From the NCBI RefSeq assembly GCF_018977255.1, contig NW_024704743.1:100566001-100630000 (forward strand): a stretch of DNA of 64,000 nucleotides, given 5' to 3'. Source of the stretch: Callorhinchus milii. Taxonomy: Eukaryota. The notes below the pieces were generated by a model, which was not told where the DNA came from, searched no databases, and saw only the letters and a list, made by a program, of their open reading frames with translations. Both the position numbers and the translations under genes were made by a program. Shown here one piece after another: positions 38,835-52,743 of this stretch; the stretch's first letter is position 1; each line of letters begins with the position of its first letter.

Positions 38835-39065
38835 AAAAGAAAACGCAAAATAATGCAGTAGCTGGAAATCTGAAACAAAAACAGAAGTCGCTGGGAACAC
38901 TCAGCAGGTCAGGCAGCATCTATGGAGAAAGGAAAGTGAGTCAGTGTTTTGGGAACTGCCGAAGGGTTATGACAAAGGGTCATGGACCTGAAACGTTGAC
39001 TCACTTTCCTTTCTCTATAGATGCTGCCTGATCTGCTGAGTGTTCCCAGCAACTTCTGTTTTTGT
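38835..39065. mobile_element. Head-to-head inverted pair of the Penelope-like repeat
   Basis: Arms ~38876-38948 and ~38990-39064 are reverse complements; decayed hammerhead core at ~38964-39002. Confidence 0.75.
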
Positions 39066-40649
39066 ATAAAAAGAAAAGTTAGGGATGAGAAAAGGATAAT
39101 CAGTCCGTTGAATTTCATCCCATTAGCACATTATATATAATAGTGATCTTCCAGCTATTTCAGCACTTCCACCAAAATATTTACTGTATTCCGAATCATG
39201 CTACATAATGTTTTTGTTTGATGGATAATATCCAAGGTGCTATATGAAAAAATATTGCAAAATAGATTCTCGACTGTGATTCTTCACACTGAAGTCTCAA
39301 AAGTAGTTGCAATGTTGTGACAAAGGCACTGGAAGGCTGGAGTATGGGGAATCCTGAGGCACGGGTGAGTTAGAGGGGTGAGTCTCTGATCGGTGGTAAA
39401 TTCACCATTTTAATGAATAGGCATAACTGCTGGTGGTATATTTAATGACTTCAGCAAAGAACTTTTATACAGGGAGACCTAAACATCACAGAAGATTTTT
39501 GATATATCAGACTTCTGGCTGTCCAGAATGAAAAAAATAAGTACTGGTGATTGATAAATTATCCATCCGTGAGGCATTTGGCACAGGAAGAATACACCTG
39601 TCATGCCTCCTCCTTCAGTCAGTCACAGAACAGCATTTGGGAGATGGTACAGAGCAGGTCAGCTAACTCCCCTCTCAGTCAGAGTATGATTCTTGGAGCA
39701 GGAAAGCGAGAGGTTAAAACTGGGAGAGTAAACAAATGATCAGAGAGGAAATACCGCACAAAATAAAGATTTGGGGAAATGGAATCTTAATCCTGCGACT
39801 GGGATATTTACAGCATATATAGGCCTTGGTCACGTACAGCAACAGACAGTTAGATAGAATATATTGTTACAGTAAATCCCTACACATTTCTGCTGCTGGA
39901 AATTATCTTCTGTGAAATATCGGATAGCTTGTTGGATGTGACATTGAAGTACATTGGCCATCCGTGCAATAATGAAAACGGGAGTTGTTCTACTCTTCAG
40001 TTTAATTAGTTATCTGAACTTATTACAGAGTAAAGTTACTCTGTCTGTGGTTTAAAGCATAGTTTACCTTCTGCAGCATGCGTAATAACACTGTGGTAAT
40101 GCACAGTGATCATGAAGTCAATGTCATTACAACATTCGAAGGAAATGCATCTAGAAGTGGTAGAATGGGCACAGCACGACTATCAGTAACTTTGCAGGAA
40201 CATCATCACAGTCATTATATCTGTTGCAGGAAACTGATTGCATTTCTCATTAGTGCACAGCCAGGGTCCAATTACAGGGACAATGTACCACACTATCTAT
40301 TTTCCATACTTTGACCATTTCCAAGGAATGGTCACATCGTGAATGAAATATAATCCATAAAAGACTGGGAGTCTTTGATGCTCAACTGTAGTCAAAGAAC
40401 CTCTCTTGCCTCCTTCAGCTCCGAAGACACGGGATGTTAATGCAATGAACTGGAGCTTTACAGTCACATCAGTTCATTCTGGGTGAGTGGTTTTCATCCT
40501 TGTGTGTTACTGTGACCTCACCACCAGAAAAAGCCCTTCACGGCATAAACTGTGTCACCAGTGGGGAAGCCCATGTATGTCACACAAGATGTCAGCTCCA
40601 ACCCGAGCTCAGCTTCGAGCCAAGGTCTTGTGAGTCAGTGTGACGGAAC

Positions 40650-40870
40650 CTGGGGCCTCAGAATTTCATCTCATGTTCATCTGTACGACCATTTTGCCTT
40701 AACATTTAAAATAGTGTAGAATTGTGGCACATTTTATCATTAAGTGTCAGCTTGGAAGCACTGCAGAAATTCGGTTTCTAAATTGAAACTCGTTTTAAAA
40801 ATTTTCCACAATTCTACACAATCTTAAACATTTTTAAACAGGCTAAGATTAGGTGGAATTTCAGACCCAG
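40650..40870. mobile_element. Palindromic MITE-like element, diverged copy 4
   Basis: ctggggcctcagaatttcatct / aggtggaatttcagacccag; inner tgtagaattgtgg / ccacaattctaca. Confidence 0.6.
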
Positions 40871-41199
40871 AGTTTCTTGCCGGGGACGAAGCTTACAAAA
40901 TATAAATATGTTCACTTACAACGTACATGGTCACTACACTTTATACAGTATATCCCGTGAATTGCTTTGAGATATCCTTCCAACGTGAAAGGCACTATGG
41001 CAAATGCAAGCATTATTATTATTTTATTATTTTAAGCCATGGGGCACCTTTTCCTGGTGGTGAGGCCCCAAGATTCTGCTACTTATCTGAGGAGCACTTT
41101 TACAACCACATAGTTCTTCTCTAAGAAGTGATGAGCAGGAGGACACTGGAAAATCCATACAGACCTCTCAGTGGCAGTGTTCATTTGAAATAAAGACAA

Positions 41200-41435
41200 A
41201 GGGACTAAAGGAGGTTGGAAAATATTTATTTTTTATCTTTAAACACAGAGGGTTGTTGAAATGTGGAATTCTCTACTACAAATGACTGCTGAGGTAAAGA
41301 CTATATATTCTTTTAAAAGAGAATTTACTTGCAAAGGAGGATTATTAAATGGTATGGGAACTGAGTGAGGAGAGTGGGATTAGACACTGTACACTTGATG
41401 GGTGGACTGCTTCTGAGTTTTAACATTCTATGGTT
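41200..41435 (+). mobile_element. Decayed CR1 3' end
   Basis: acacagagggttgttgaaatgtggaattctctac encodes TQRVVEMWNSL-like CR1 motif. Confidence 0.65.
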
Positions 41436-41489
41436 TAGACGAAGGATATGTTAAATATTCATATTTGGATTGACAACCGCAAAAATACA

Positions 41490-41770
41490 ATGATAATCCT
41501 TGCATTTGATATAGCACCTTATCACAATGATGAGAATTATAAAAGCGTTTCACAGGATTTTACTGTAAAGTGTAGTGACATTGCATTTTGTAGGCCAGCA
41601 TGATAAGCAATTTGTGCACAATACAAAGCCATGAACTGAATCACCAATGTTTATCTGGGGCATTGTTGGCCATGGCCAGGAGAAACTCCCTTACCAAGTA
41701 TTCCCAAAAGATCTTTAACATTCACCTGAGCAGGTAGAGGGGACTTCAGTTTAATACCACATCCAAATAA
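41490..41770 (-). mobile_element. DeuSINE-type SINE, partial
   Basis: aatccttgcatttgatatagcacc..gatctttaacattcacctgagcagg. Confidence 0.7.
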
Positions 41771-44149
41771 CAATCTTGACCTATGTCAGGAAACTGCCAC
41801 TATAAAGTCGGTTCCTGCTATTTTAACCTGCCACCTGACCAAGAAAGAGAAAGAGAAAGCTAGATAACACAGTGACACTTTACCTGGGAAGGGTCACAGT
41901 GTAAATGGTAACCTACCTTGCTCTTTTGGAGGCTGATTGATCAGCTTTGCATTTCCCAGCATTTGCTGGTTCAACTTCACATTTCCGTCATTCACAGATT
42001 TTCTTCATGTTTCTGTCAGATCACTGCTTATAATGCAATACATTGGGCTGTCTTAAAGTCCGAGTAGCCTCGAGCATGGAAACATTTGTCATGTGTGTTT
42101 GTTTCAGTTAATCAAGCAGGAGGAAATGCACTGCTGATCCACAGCGGTAGCTGAACAAAGGTAGAGCTCCAGGGCTGGCATCAGATCTGGGCACCTGCTG
42201 GCTGGTCAGCAGGGAATCCCTCCTGGCAGTGTGGCTGTGCGGATCAAAGCCTAGAAACAGATTCCCTGGGAAGGAGCAGTCTGTCATCAGGAATAAGAAT
42301 AATAGTGCAGTAGGGAACCTATGAAGGACAACTTGTATGATTTCCTGTTGACTGTGCACAAAGTATATTACAGAATGTATTACACATACACAATGACTGA
42401 TGAGGACACCAGGAAGTAGGTTGTACAGTACTCCTGTCACCAACATGCTATTCCTCTGCCCCGCCCCATCCCCCCGGCCATGCAAGTAAAAAGATTATCA
42501 GTGGTTTTGTTTGCAAAGTTAGTTATTTTTGAAAGTAAATATATTTCAGCAAAATTTGTTTAAGTGCTATAGAACAGAGAAATTCTTAGCTAACAAAGGA
42601 CCATTGAAATTTTGAAATTGATAAAAGATCAAGTGTCCAGTCAAGTCCATGACCACCACAGACCATACAAAACCTACCAGCCTCACCCCACCCACTCTTA
42701 TCTATAAAATACTGTATACATGGTCTCACCCTTAAAGGAAAAAACAAGCAATAACTCCTGAATATTGAGCCATTCCCACATCTCCCTGACAACCCTAATT
42801 CCCCCCTCCCAGTTCTAGGATCACAAGAAGTCACAAAGGCAAAGTTTGCTACATTTAACTGATTGATGTCATCCTTTCTACTATCTTCCAAATGAGCAGC
42901 CTTGGCATCTTACCCAGATGCATTCAGACTGGTTCACCGAACAGTTGTAGAGTATCTTGCCAAACACTAAGCCTGCCATTACGTGACTCAGGAGTCTGGC
43001 CAATAAATCCCCCAAATAAAATTGTCACTCACTCCATCACTGTTCATGGGACATTGCTATGTGCTAGTTGGCTGTTGAGTTTAGCCCACACAATACACAT
43101 TCAATCCACTTTACAGTACATCCTGTGAAGCGCTTTGAGGTGCTGCGACCACACTATATCAAAGGCGCTATATCAAATGCAAGGATGTTATTATTATTAC
43201 TATTATGGAAGTTATGAAAGCTGAGCATGACACTATCCTCATCCGTGTGCTGAAATTCCTGTCAGCATTCCAGGTAGTGACTTGATGCACAATTGTAAAT
43301 GGGGGTGGTGGGGGTGGGTGGGTAGAATCTAGTTAGATACCAATTCTATCAACGTCTCTGTACTGAATGCCAACAGAAATTTCCAGCCATCAGATACTGT
43401 ATACAGTAAAACTCGGTTATACACAGAGCACTTCGCTTAGCCAAATGAGCTGGGTATGTTATCTTAGCTTTATAGTCCATCTATCATACAATGTGAGATG
43501 GATCTGACCAACAATTCCTCTTCTCCATCTAGGACACTAAATGCTGGCATTGTGATACCTCGATTATCATCAAGAGTCTACAGCAAGTGCAAACTATTCT
43601 TAGCCTTATATAAGCTGCAGAGTAGAAAAAACATTAATTCAGATCATCGAAAATTCACACAGCCTCAACTTGGTAATTAAAGAGTTTACTTGTCTGGAGG
43701 GATAATAGAGGCGTTGAGGATACAGCAGCTTCATGAACTGAAAGCTGTGATATCAGGCATGTTTCAGTTAACAAACAAAGAGTACAGCATTTACCAAGGT
43801 ATAAACAAGGCTTTAGCTTTTGGGGAGAAATACATTAGTCGAAGTTTGCCTTTGGGGCTGAAAGGACAAGATATGCAAACTGGGAACTGGTGACTGCAGT
43901 CTGAAGCTCTGTCAAAGAATCAGAGAGCACAACACCAGCGGCAAAACTGAATCTCCTCGCTTGGTGTTTGCAATCTTTTTCATCAAATTGCCGAGCGGAT
44001 CCCACAATTTCAGACGCAACCCAGCAGTCACAGTCAGTCTTGGTGTCAGTGACTTCCAGCTTACAAATACATCCTTTCTCAACCCCATTAATGTGAAAAT
44101 TACAACCCCTTTTTCATGATCCTTTTACAGCTTCACACTGAAGCATTAA

Positions 44150-44600
44150 AATAACAAGAAGTATTTGCATTTATGTAAATATACAGTCAATTCACTTTAC
44201 AGTCTATTCTGTGAAGCGCTTTGAGATGTTAAGAAGATGTGAAAAGGGCTATATCAAATGCAAGGATTATTATTATTATTATGCAGTATCTTTCCTGTGG
44301 GGTAGCATCGCGGAGCGCTAAGGTTATTAGCTGGAGTTAGATTAGAAGATCAGCCATGAATGAATGGTGGGGCAGGCTCGAAGGGCTGAATGGCCTACTC
44401 CTGCTCCTACATGTTATGTTAAGCTGTAGCAGAGTTTGATGCAGAGCCGGGGAAAGGTGACTGTAGGCAAAGTCAAGGAGGAAAGTCTTTAGCTGCGATC
44501 TGGAGGGGGCAAAACGGGGGGATTGAAGTAGAGAGTTCCAGGGAATGATGGCTGAAAGCACAGCTGCTAATGGTGATGAAGTGGGATGGGGCCGAGGGAC
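44150..44600. mobile_element. Old L2 tail (-) carrying an inserted SINE tail (~44177-44283,+) and CR1 tail (~44320-44423,+)
   Basis: CR1 tail gaagatcagccatg..gggctgaatggcctactcctgctcc sits between cggagcgctaag and ctgtagcagag of the L2 tail. Confidence 0.65.
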
Positions 44601-45044
44601 ACAGAGAAATAAGTCTGGGCATTTAGACTGTTGGATGGTTTTGATCTATTTACCCAACATATTGGAGGTTTTCTAATAAAATCCTATTGAAAAGAAAAAT
44701 TCCATTATCATTTGCAACTTCCTCATATACTTAAAAATTAACTGGATTGATAGACCTAAAACTAGAAAAAAAATTATCAATCATTGCAGTAAATATTTCC
44801 ATTTTAAAGGATTTATCTTTTATAGTTTATTCTGAGAGTATCAGTTTTATAACAGGAATACATTTTTTAGCTGTTATTCTTCTAAATCAACACAAAATTG
44901 CACAGAGAGCTCTTGGTGAGTAACAGCATTCTTAACAAAACAAGAACAATCTATAATTCAGGAGGATAACAGACGGGATGAAGTATGATTGTCTTTTTCA
45001 TATATGAAGGAATGCCTGAAGCAGGCACCATTTATAATAAATAA

Positions 45045-45565
45045 TAGTATTAAGCCTTGCGTTTGATAAAGCACCTAAAACGTCAAGATTGTCTCAAAAT
45101 GCTCCACAGATAATTGTAGTGACTGTGTACTTGTTGGTGAACGTGGCAGTCAATTCACGCTCACATCAATGTCCCACAAACCGCCATGTAGTGAATGCAC
45201 ATCGTCACCTGGAAGATTGTTGGCCAGGATACCAGGAAAAAATCTTTTCTCTTTTCAAATAATGTCCTGGGATCTTTAATATCCACCTGAAAAGGCAGAT
45301 GGGATCTTGGTTTAACATCTCGTCTGAAAGACAGCATATCCAACAATGCAACGCTTCCTCCAACACTGCACTAGATATTCGTCTCACTCCCTCCCTTCCC
45401 ATTTTCAGGTCTCTGCTGAAGACCTTTCTTTTCGATCGTGCCTTTGGTCACGTTCCTCCCCCTCCCCCTCCCCCTGGCTCGGTCCCGGGATCCATTACTG
45501 TAAAGCGCTCTGAGATGCCATCTGGCATGGAGGGCGCTATATAAATCCAAGGTGTTGTTGTTGTG
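45045..45565. mobile_element. DeuSINE (-) abutting an L2 tail (+, ~45376-45565)
   Basis: gggatctttaatatccacctg; FRSLLKTFLFDRAF and tail agcgctctgagatgccatctggcatggagggcgct. Confidence 0.8.
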
Positions 45566-47279
45566 ATAGTTGCCAGTGGTCAGGGAAAAGCAGCCCCAAT
45601 TGCTATCACTATCTAAAAAGCAAAAAGGACCAAATATTCTGCTTGGAACAATTTTCACCAGTGAGAATTATCACATCACATAACATCTTCCCATTGATTC
45701 AATAGACAGTAAAATTACTGATGTCCTATAAACACTTATGAGTGAGCCTGAAGTCTTGAAGTCAGGGGGATAGGAGGAAGAGAATTCCAGCTTTAAGTGC
45801 TGATGGCAATTATGTGATGTGAATTATCACAGGTCTGTCAAGCTAATTAAAATCAAAGGATTAATTATCAACTAAAATTTAAATGTACCTGGATTCCTCT
45901 TTCTTTTTGTACTTGCTCCTGTGAGAATAACACAGGCAGAGAGTTCGACATTCACTTTGCTCCAGTAATTAAACTGAAGAAATCGAGAGAAGCAATACCT
46001 ACTGATTAGGGCAGCATTAGGTTGATATGTAGCACATGCCGAGACCGAAATCATAAGTCAATAGCTGAACAGGCAGAATAGGGTATTAACTAATCATAGA
46101 AATGCTTGTCAGGTGTGTATCCAACCTGAGTGCCAGGTTAATTAGCGTAAATAAAGTCTGTTAATGCAAGCATTCGCCTACAAAATACACAGTCACTACA
46201 CTATAGATCATATCCTGTGAAGTACTCTGTATGCAAGGATTATTATTAGTATTATTATTTGTGTTAGTTACAATGCTTAAATGAATATTGTCGTGGTGAA
46301 ACATGCAACGTATCAACCGAAGCCAACCATATCCCTTAAAATTTGCCAACAAATATAGTCCTCCTGACATGAAAAGCGCTTTACAAATGTAATTTTGTTG
46401 TTATGGTAGTCACTACACTTAACAGTAAAAACCTGTGAAGAGCTTTCACACGTACTGACGAGGTGATAAAGCTTTATATCACGTTAGGATTATTATTATT
46501 ATTGCATGAAACCAAAAACTTAAAACATAATCTGTAGGGTGCACAACAGAGAAAGGCAGAGGAAGGTAAAAATTTCAACAAAGCAAAAGTTAAATCTGCC
46601 AGGAGTTTGATACATGTGGAAACCCATCACCATGCTAAAGAATATCCAAACCAAGCTGATATTTCCATACATCCCACTACACATGGAAATTCCAAAGACA
46701 GATTGCTGGAATGGAATGTCACTCTCTCCCTGGAAGGATGCATCCTGCTTACATAATTACAGAAAGTATTTGGCGCAGATTGGCAAGAGCCAAGGCTTGG
46801 GGACTCCAGGGTATGCGTTGGGGTACTGCTGGAGTCTAACCAGCTAAAACCACATAGCTTGCCATTGATATTACTGTCTTTCCTGCTGCTTGTCCAGTTA
46901 GGACAACCTTTGACCATTAGGGCTTTAGCTTGGAGGGTTTACAGGAGCTGAGTATTCTGGGTCCCCACGTAAAGGGTGCTATATATATATATGTGTGTGC
47001 AAGTTGTTGTTGTTATTGAGTGGGATGACTCCAGTGACTGATCTGCCCTTCCAGGTCTTGTAGATGACCTGTGTGTGTGAATAGAAACTTCATTTTAAAA
47101 TGCTTAAATCAGTACGCCTAGAGAACTTGTATGAATCATTTCTCAGTGCAAGCTGCACTGCGAACTGCAGTGCATCCTTTCAGCTTTCGAATGAATTAGA
47201 ATGAATTTAATGATGAGGATTATCATTCCTGTGGAAAGCATGTGAGCATCACTTTTGTGGGTTTATGCATTAAGTTTGA

Positions 47280-47610
47280 ATTATATAGAATAATACAGAG
47301 CTGAAACAGGCCATTCGGTCTGTGCCAGTGTTTATATGCCACACCTGCCGCCACTCCTCCCCTTTTCTCCTCGATTTCCTTCTCCCTCAAGTATGCATCA
47401 AATTTCCTCTTAAGTACTTTTTTGCTGCAACCACAGTTTCGGCCAGTGAATTCCATATTCTCACCACCCTCTGTGTTAAGAAGATTTCCCTAGATTGTCA
47501 TCCTAAACTCCTTATTAGATCTGCTATTATCTTCTATCTTATATTTACGCTCCTTCGGTTTGGACTCACCAACAAGTGGAAACTGTCTATCAACATCCAC
47601 TTCCTTAATA
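47280..47610 (-). mobile_element. CR1 3' fragment
   Basis: gaattccatattctcaccaccctctgtgttaagaag is the reverse complement of F.TQRVVRIWNS; CR1 tail. Confidence 0.75.
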
Positions 47611-48139
47611 CAATTTCCTTATTTTCAATGAGAGGATATTGTTTCCCATGATCAGAATTAGTTTGCCAATTTCACACAGGTAGATGTTAAAGACCTCTTG
47701 GCACTATTCAAAAAGAAAAGGAAATTTCTTTCAGCCATCCTGGCCAATAATCCCTGAATAAAAAAATGATCATTCACTTCATGAGTGCTTGTGGGACACT
47801 GTTGTGCGCAAATTGGCTCCTAACAGAATCACTACACTTTACAGTTAATCATGTGAAGCACTTTGAGACATTCTCCTGATGTAAAAGTTACTATATCAAT
47901 TTCAAGGATCTGGCCTGCTTCACGGCTCCCTGTCTTGCCTGCCCTATCATTGGTGAGCGGGCCTTCAGCCTCTCTGCCCCCACCCTCTGGAACTCCATCC
48001 CATGGTCCCTCCACCTCACCCCCTTGAATGCAGGTATGCATCTAAACTCTCCATTAGGGGTGACACCCCAGGGGAGTGCTAACTCCATATCAGATGAACA
48101 GAACCATACATAAACGGAACTCTAAGTAGTTTGATTTGT

Positions 48140-48400
48140 TGTAATAATCCTTGCCTTTGGTCTGTACCTCAGCATTTTTCATGCCAGAAGACTGTCGTAA
48201 AGTGCTTCACAGTTACTGTAGATTGAGGTGACTGTATTTTGTAGTCGAACAAGACAGCCAACTGTTGCACAGAACAACAGCTTATGAAGTGAATGATTAA
48301 TTTAATCTGGGGTATCGTTGGCCAGGACACAGGGAGAAACTCCCTTCCCTTTTCGAATACTGCAGTGCCATGAAATCTTTAATATCCACCTGAATAGGAA
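48140..48400 (-). mobile_element. DeuSINE-type SINE, partial
   Basis: ttggccaggacacagggagaaactcc..atctttaatatccacctg. Confidence 0.7.
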
Positions 48401-49399
48401 GAGACAAATCTTTTGTGCTTTAAAAAAATGAGTAACTGAAAAGAATTGTACATTACATGTATGAGTATTGCAGTGCAGGTGGGAATGAATTAGATCTTTC
48501 TTGTGAGTGAAATAATGCAGTGGATAAAGTTGGTGACTGATGCAAAGGTGCAGTGTCACTGAAAATTTTCTTGTCTCAGTCAAGTTAGTCTTTGCAGTGA
48601 ACAGCAGGTTAATTGTACACACACACACACACACTTCCTAGTGTGAGGAAATCTCTCTGTCCTGTTGGTTGCTCCTCTTTAGTCCTGGGACCCAGAAATC
48701 ACCAATTTGAGTATCCCCAGACCAGCTACCTCAACAAAGAGCTGGAGGGGAAAAATGAAATTTCTTAAGACCACTGTTTCTAAAATATATGTTTAAGAAC
48801 TACAGGAAACCATCTCCCAATTTAAGATGGTATTTAGTAGTCTGCCAAAATTCATCATGATCTGAAATGTTAAAACAATGGTATTAAGGCTCAAACCACA
48901 TGAAATTTCAAGGTGCTGTAATCAAACTTGAGATCATCCCAAATTGTGCTATTCTGTAATACGGCTAAGTGTTAGTCATTAATCACTCTAAATGAACATT
49001 CAGGATTCGCAATAGACATGGCAGATAGTTGGTGAATAGTGTATTAACTCAGAGCATTTCTGTTTTATCTTTTTTGATTATAAAAGCGCTTGAAACATGA
49101 AACCACTAAGCCAGTGAGAAACCTAATGTTTCTTTTAATGTTTGTGAGGTGGAAGATGACCTTTCCTCACATGTCTCCTGGAGGTTGCAGTGTGTTCGGG
49201 CTGGGATCCTACAAGAGAACAATTAGCACCGTGGCAATGTTGCGCACAGAAATTATGATTAGCTGACATTGTCGTAAGTATTTCAAAGTAGGAAAAAGAG
49301 GAGAAAATGACTCGGAATCACAGACCCTGTTTGGTCAGAAGTCTCTCTTTAATCAGTGGCTTGGCTTGAAGCAGTTATTGATAACTATTTCAAACTGTA

Positions 49400-50190
49400 T
49401 GAATTAGGTAGAAAAANTAGAAAAACAGATTATTTTCCAGAGGGGGAGAGATTAGATAGTGTTAGTGTGCAGAGAGATTTGGGTGTCCTTGTACACCAGT
49501 CTCAAAAAGTTAGTTTGCAGGTGCAGCAAGCAACTAAGAAGGCGAACGGCACGTTAGCATTCATTGCAAAAGGTTTAGAGTACAAGAGTAGGCAAGCCTT
49601 GCTGCAACTGTATAGGGCCTTGGTGACACCACCTAGAGTATTGTGTGCAGTTTTGGTCTCCTTATTTAAAAAAGGACATACTTGCCCTAGAGGGGGTGCA
49701 GCGTAGATTTACTCGGTTAGTTCCTGGGATGAGGGGACTGACCTATGAGGATAGGCTGAATAAACTAGGGCTCTATTCTCTAGAGTACAGAAGAATTAGG
49801 GGAGATCTTATTGAAACATATAAGATTCTTAAAGGGCTGGATAAAATAGACACTGAGGGATTGTTTCCCCTGGTGGAAGAATCTATAAACAGGGGTCACA
49901 GTCTTAAAATTAAGGGTCAGCCTTTTAGAACAGAGTTGAGGAAACATTTCTTCACTCAGAGGGGAGTGAATTTATGGAATTCACTACCCCAGAAGGCTGT
50001 AGATGCTCAGCCTTTGAACATCTTCAAGGCTGAGACTGATAGATTTTTTTAAAAATAGAGGGATTAGGGGATATGGGGATAGGACAGGTAATTAGAGTTA
50101 GGTCTGAAGATCGGCCATGATCTTATCGAATGGAGGGGCAGGCTCGAGGGGCCGAATGGCCTACTCCTGCTCCTAATTCTTATGTTCTTA
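49400..50190 (+). mobile_element. CR1 LINE 3' fragment (ORF2 C-terminus + tail)
   Basis: QRDLGVLVH..KKANGTLAFI..LYRALV and QFWSPYLKKDILALEGVQRRFTRL..RRIRGDLIETYKIL..FFTQRGVNLWNSLP. Confidence 0.95.
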
Positions 50191-50714
50191 TATTCTTAAA
50201 GACGTTCTTGAACTCTCCTCATTTCAGATCTCATACCTATATATTGCAATTGAATTATAATGAGGTTTGCTCTGATGCTCCTGTGAACAAGTGTGTTCTG
50301 CTGCTTAAAAAGTGGAATCACAAATAATTGGACTGTGTGTAACTGAACTGGGGTAATCGAGGTATCTCTTTGCCTACATAAATTGCAGCTCTAAATGAAT
50401 GTTCATAATTCACAATAGACATAGCACGTAGTTGGTGAATAGTGTATTAATTCAGAGCATTTCTTTTTTATTATAAATGCGCTTTATGCGCAAATGTGAG
50501 ACCGTCTCGTTATTATTTAAAGTGATGAGAATGAAACATAATGTTCTGTCACTACGACTGGCGTAGGAATCAAAGCCTTGACCTCATTTTATGGAAACAT
50601 GGACGAAAGCCTGCAGTAGCAACTAACGGTACCTCTGGCACTGATCTTTAACAAGCAGCAGGGACAGGAGCCTCAGCTATATGATGTGCTATATAACATG
50701 CAGTTGTCACTTCA

Positions 50715-51316
50715 AGGCTCGACTACGGAAACTCCCGACTACGGAAACTCCTTCCTTGTCGGCCTCCCCAACTCTTCCTTCCACAAGCTGCAGATCATCC
50801 AGAACTCTGCAGCTTGTGTCCTCTCGCGCACCAGGCTCTGTGACCTCATCACCCCCACCCCCCTCGCCCGGCTCTGCTGGCTTCCCATCCCTCAGCGGAC
50901 AGAATTCAAAATCCTTGTCCTCACTTTCAAGGCCCTCCACGGCCTTGACCCTCCTACATCTCTGATCTGCTGACCCCCTATCAGCCTGTCTGCTCCCTCC
51001 ATTCAGCAGGCTCTTACCTGCTCCATGTCTCCCGCCCGACCTGCCCTACCATCGGCGGCTGGCCTTTCAGCCTCTCTGCCTCCACCCTTTGGAACTCCAT
51101 CCCACAATCCCTTCGCCTTGCTCCCTCCCTTGTTTCCTTCAAGGCATGACTGAAGACCCTCCTTTTCAACCGTGACTTCAGCCACCCTCCTACCTCTCTG
51201 CCCTCTGTCAACCCAACCTTGTCCCCACCACGTTCAGGTCCTGATCGCCGACTATTCAGTGCCTTGGGATGTCCTCCTGACGTGAACGGCACTTTACAAA
51301 TGTAATTTTGTTGTTG
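50715..51316 (+). mobile_element. L2 3' fragment
   Basis: DYGNSFLVGLP..KLQIIQNSAACVL..LCWLPI..EFKILVLTFKALHG plus tail. Confidence 0.9.
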
Positions 51317-51624
51317 TGTGCAATATGGCGCAACAATGCAGATTCAGTTGAGCTATTTCTCAATGTATCATGGAATTCTTGTCATTACACAGTAAGCCCA
51401 GAAGTTTGATCATTCTAGTTCTCATACAAGAAAGAGGAAGATCTATTTAAATCTTTACCTCTGGACTAGTCAATTGATGCAAAAAGAGTTTTGGCGTCAA
51501 AATAGCTGTTTGTTCCGTGCTGACAGTATTGATCTGCATTCGGTTAGGTTTGAAGGATCATTGAGGGGAAATTTCCTTCACTACCACAACATCGCCCACT
51601 ATCCCCCCCACGTCCCACCCCCCG

Positions 51625-52203
51625 AATGCTGAGATGTTCACCACATCTTCATCACTTCCAGACTTGGCTCTTCGAATGGCCTGCTCACCAGATACTTCCT
51701 ACACAAGCTGCAGACAATCCAGAACTCTGATGCTCATGTCCTCTCCAGCACCAGGTTCTGTGAGCCCTTCACCCCCTGCATCCTTATACAGCTCCATTTG
51801 CTCCCTTTCTCCTAGTAGATCGAATTCAAGATCCTCGCCCTCACATTCAAAACTTTCCAAGGCATCACCCCACTCCATTACTCTGACCTCCTGTGATCCG
51901 ACTGCCATGGCCACACATTCTGCTCCGCAAACACTGATATGCTTCACATCCTCAACCACACAATCAGTGGGCGAGTCTTCAGCCATTCTGCCCGCTCTCT
52001 GTAACTCCATCCTGGACTCCTTCCACCTTGCCATTTCTCTCCACTTTCAATTCCCTTCAAAGACCCATCTCTTCAACCAAGCTCACCCACCCCCCCCACC
52101 CATCTCTCCTCTTCCACTTCCCAGCTGAGACTTGTCAGCTGTGTGAAAGACTTTGACACATCCCTCTGACAGGAAGAGCGCTATATAAATGTAAATTATT
52201 GTT
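51625..52203 (+). mobile_element. Older L2 3' fragment
   Basis: caagctgcagacaatccagaactctg..atcgaattcaagatcctc..agcgctatataaatgtaaattattgtt. Confidence 0.8.
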
Positions 52204-52430
52204 GGTACCGGTGTAATACAACTGATTATTTCTTTCCAGTCATTACGGTTGTCAGTGTATTTTGGGGGGAGGGAACAAGAAAGACATTCAAAAGATTATG
52301 GATTCGTAGTCCTATGCATGTCTGTTCAGAATAGCATCATCTTCCAAAGCACTGGCATGTAGTTGTGATGATGGTTTGCTGCACATTGTACTGTTGAAGG
52401 GGAGATAAATGCTGTTGAAGTCGTGTCAAC

Positions 52431-52743
52431 TGGAGTCCTGTAGCTCAGTGGTTAGAGCACTCGCTTTGCAAGCGAGAGACCTGAGTTCAATTCCAGGCAG
52501 GGCGAAACCTTGGGCAAGTTTCCTTACTCCACACGGCCTAATAATAATCCCTCCAAAACAAAAACAATAATAAATTGGTCATTTTCAATCCCTGACTGTT
52601 TGTGGGACATTGCTGTGCGCAATTGGCTGCCGCGTTCGCCCACAAATATACAGTCAATTCACTTTACAGTCTATTCTGTGAAGCGCTTTGGGACGTCCTC
52701 CCGACATGAAAAGCGCTATATCAAATGCAAGGATTATTATTAT
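52431..52743 (+). mobile_element. Young tRNA-Ala(UGC)-headed SINE, best-preserved copy
   Basis: A-box TAGCTCAGTGG, anticodon arm CTCGC-TTTGCAA-GCGAG, B-box-like GTTCAATTCC, L2-type tail; aactggagt at 52428-52436 and 52746-52754. Confidence 0.92.

Noticed and set aside
42108..42485. 125-aa minus ORF or plus-strand exon after tgtttgtttcag
   Set aside because: No homology recognised; plus frames closed; no matching donor identified
43690..43893. Protein-looking 67-aa ORF
   Set aside because: Non-ATG start, no domain, length expected by chance
52431..52505. tRNA-Ala gene
   Set aside because: Imperfect acceptor and T stems, no poly-T terminator, and it continues into a multi-copy SINE body
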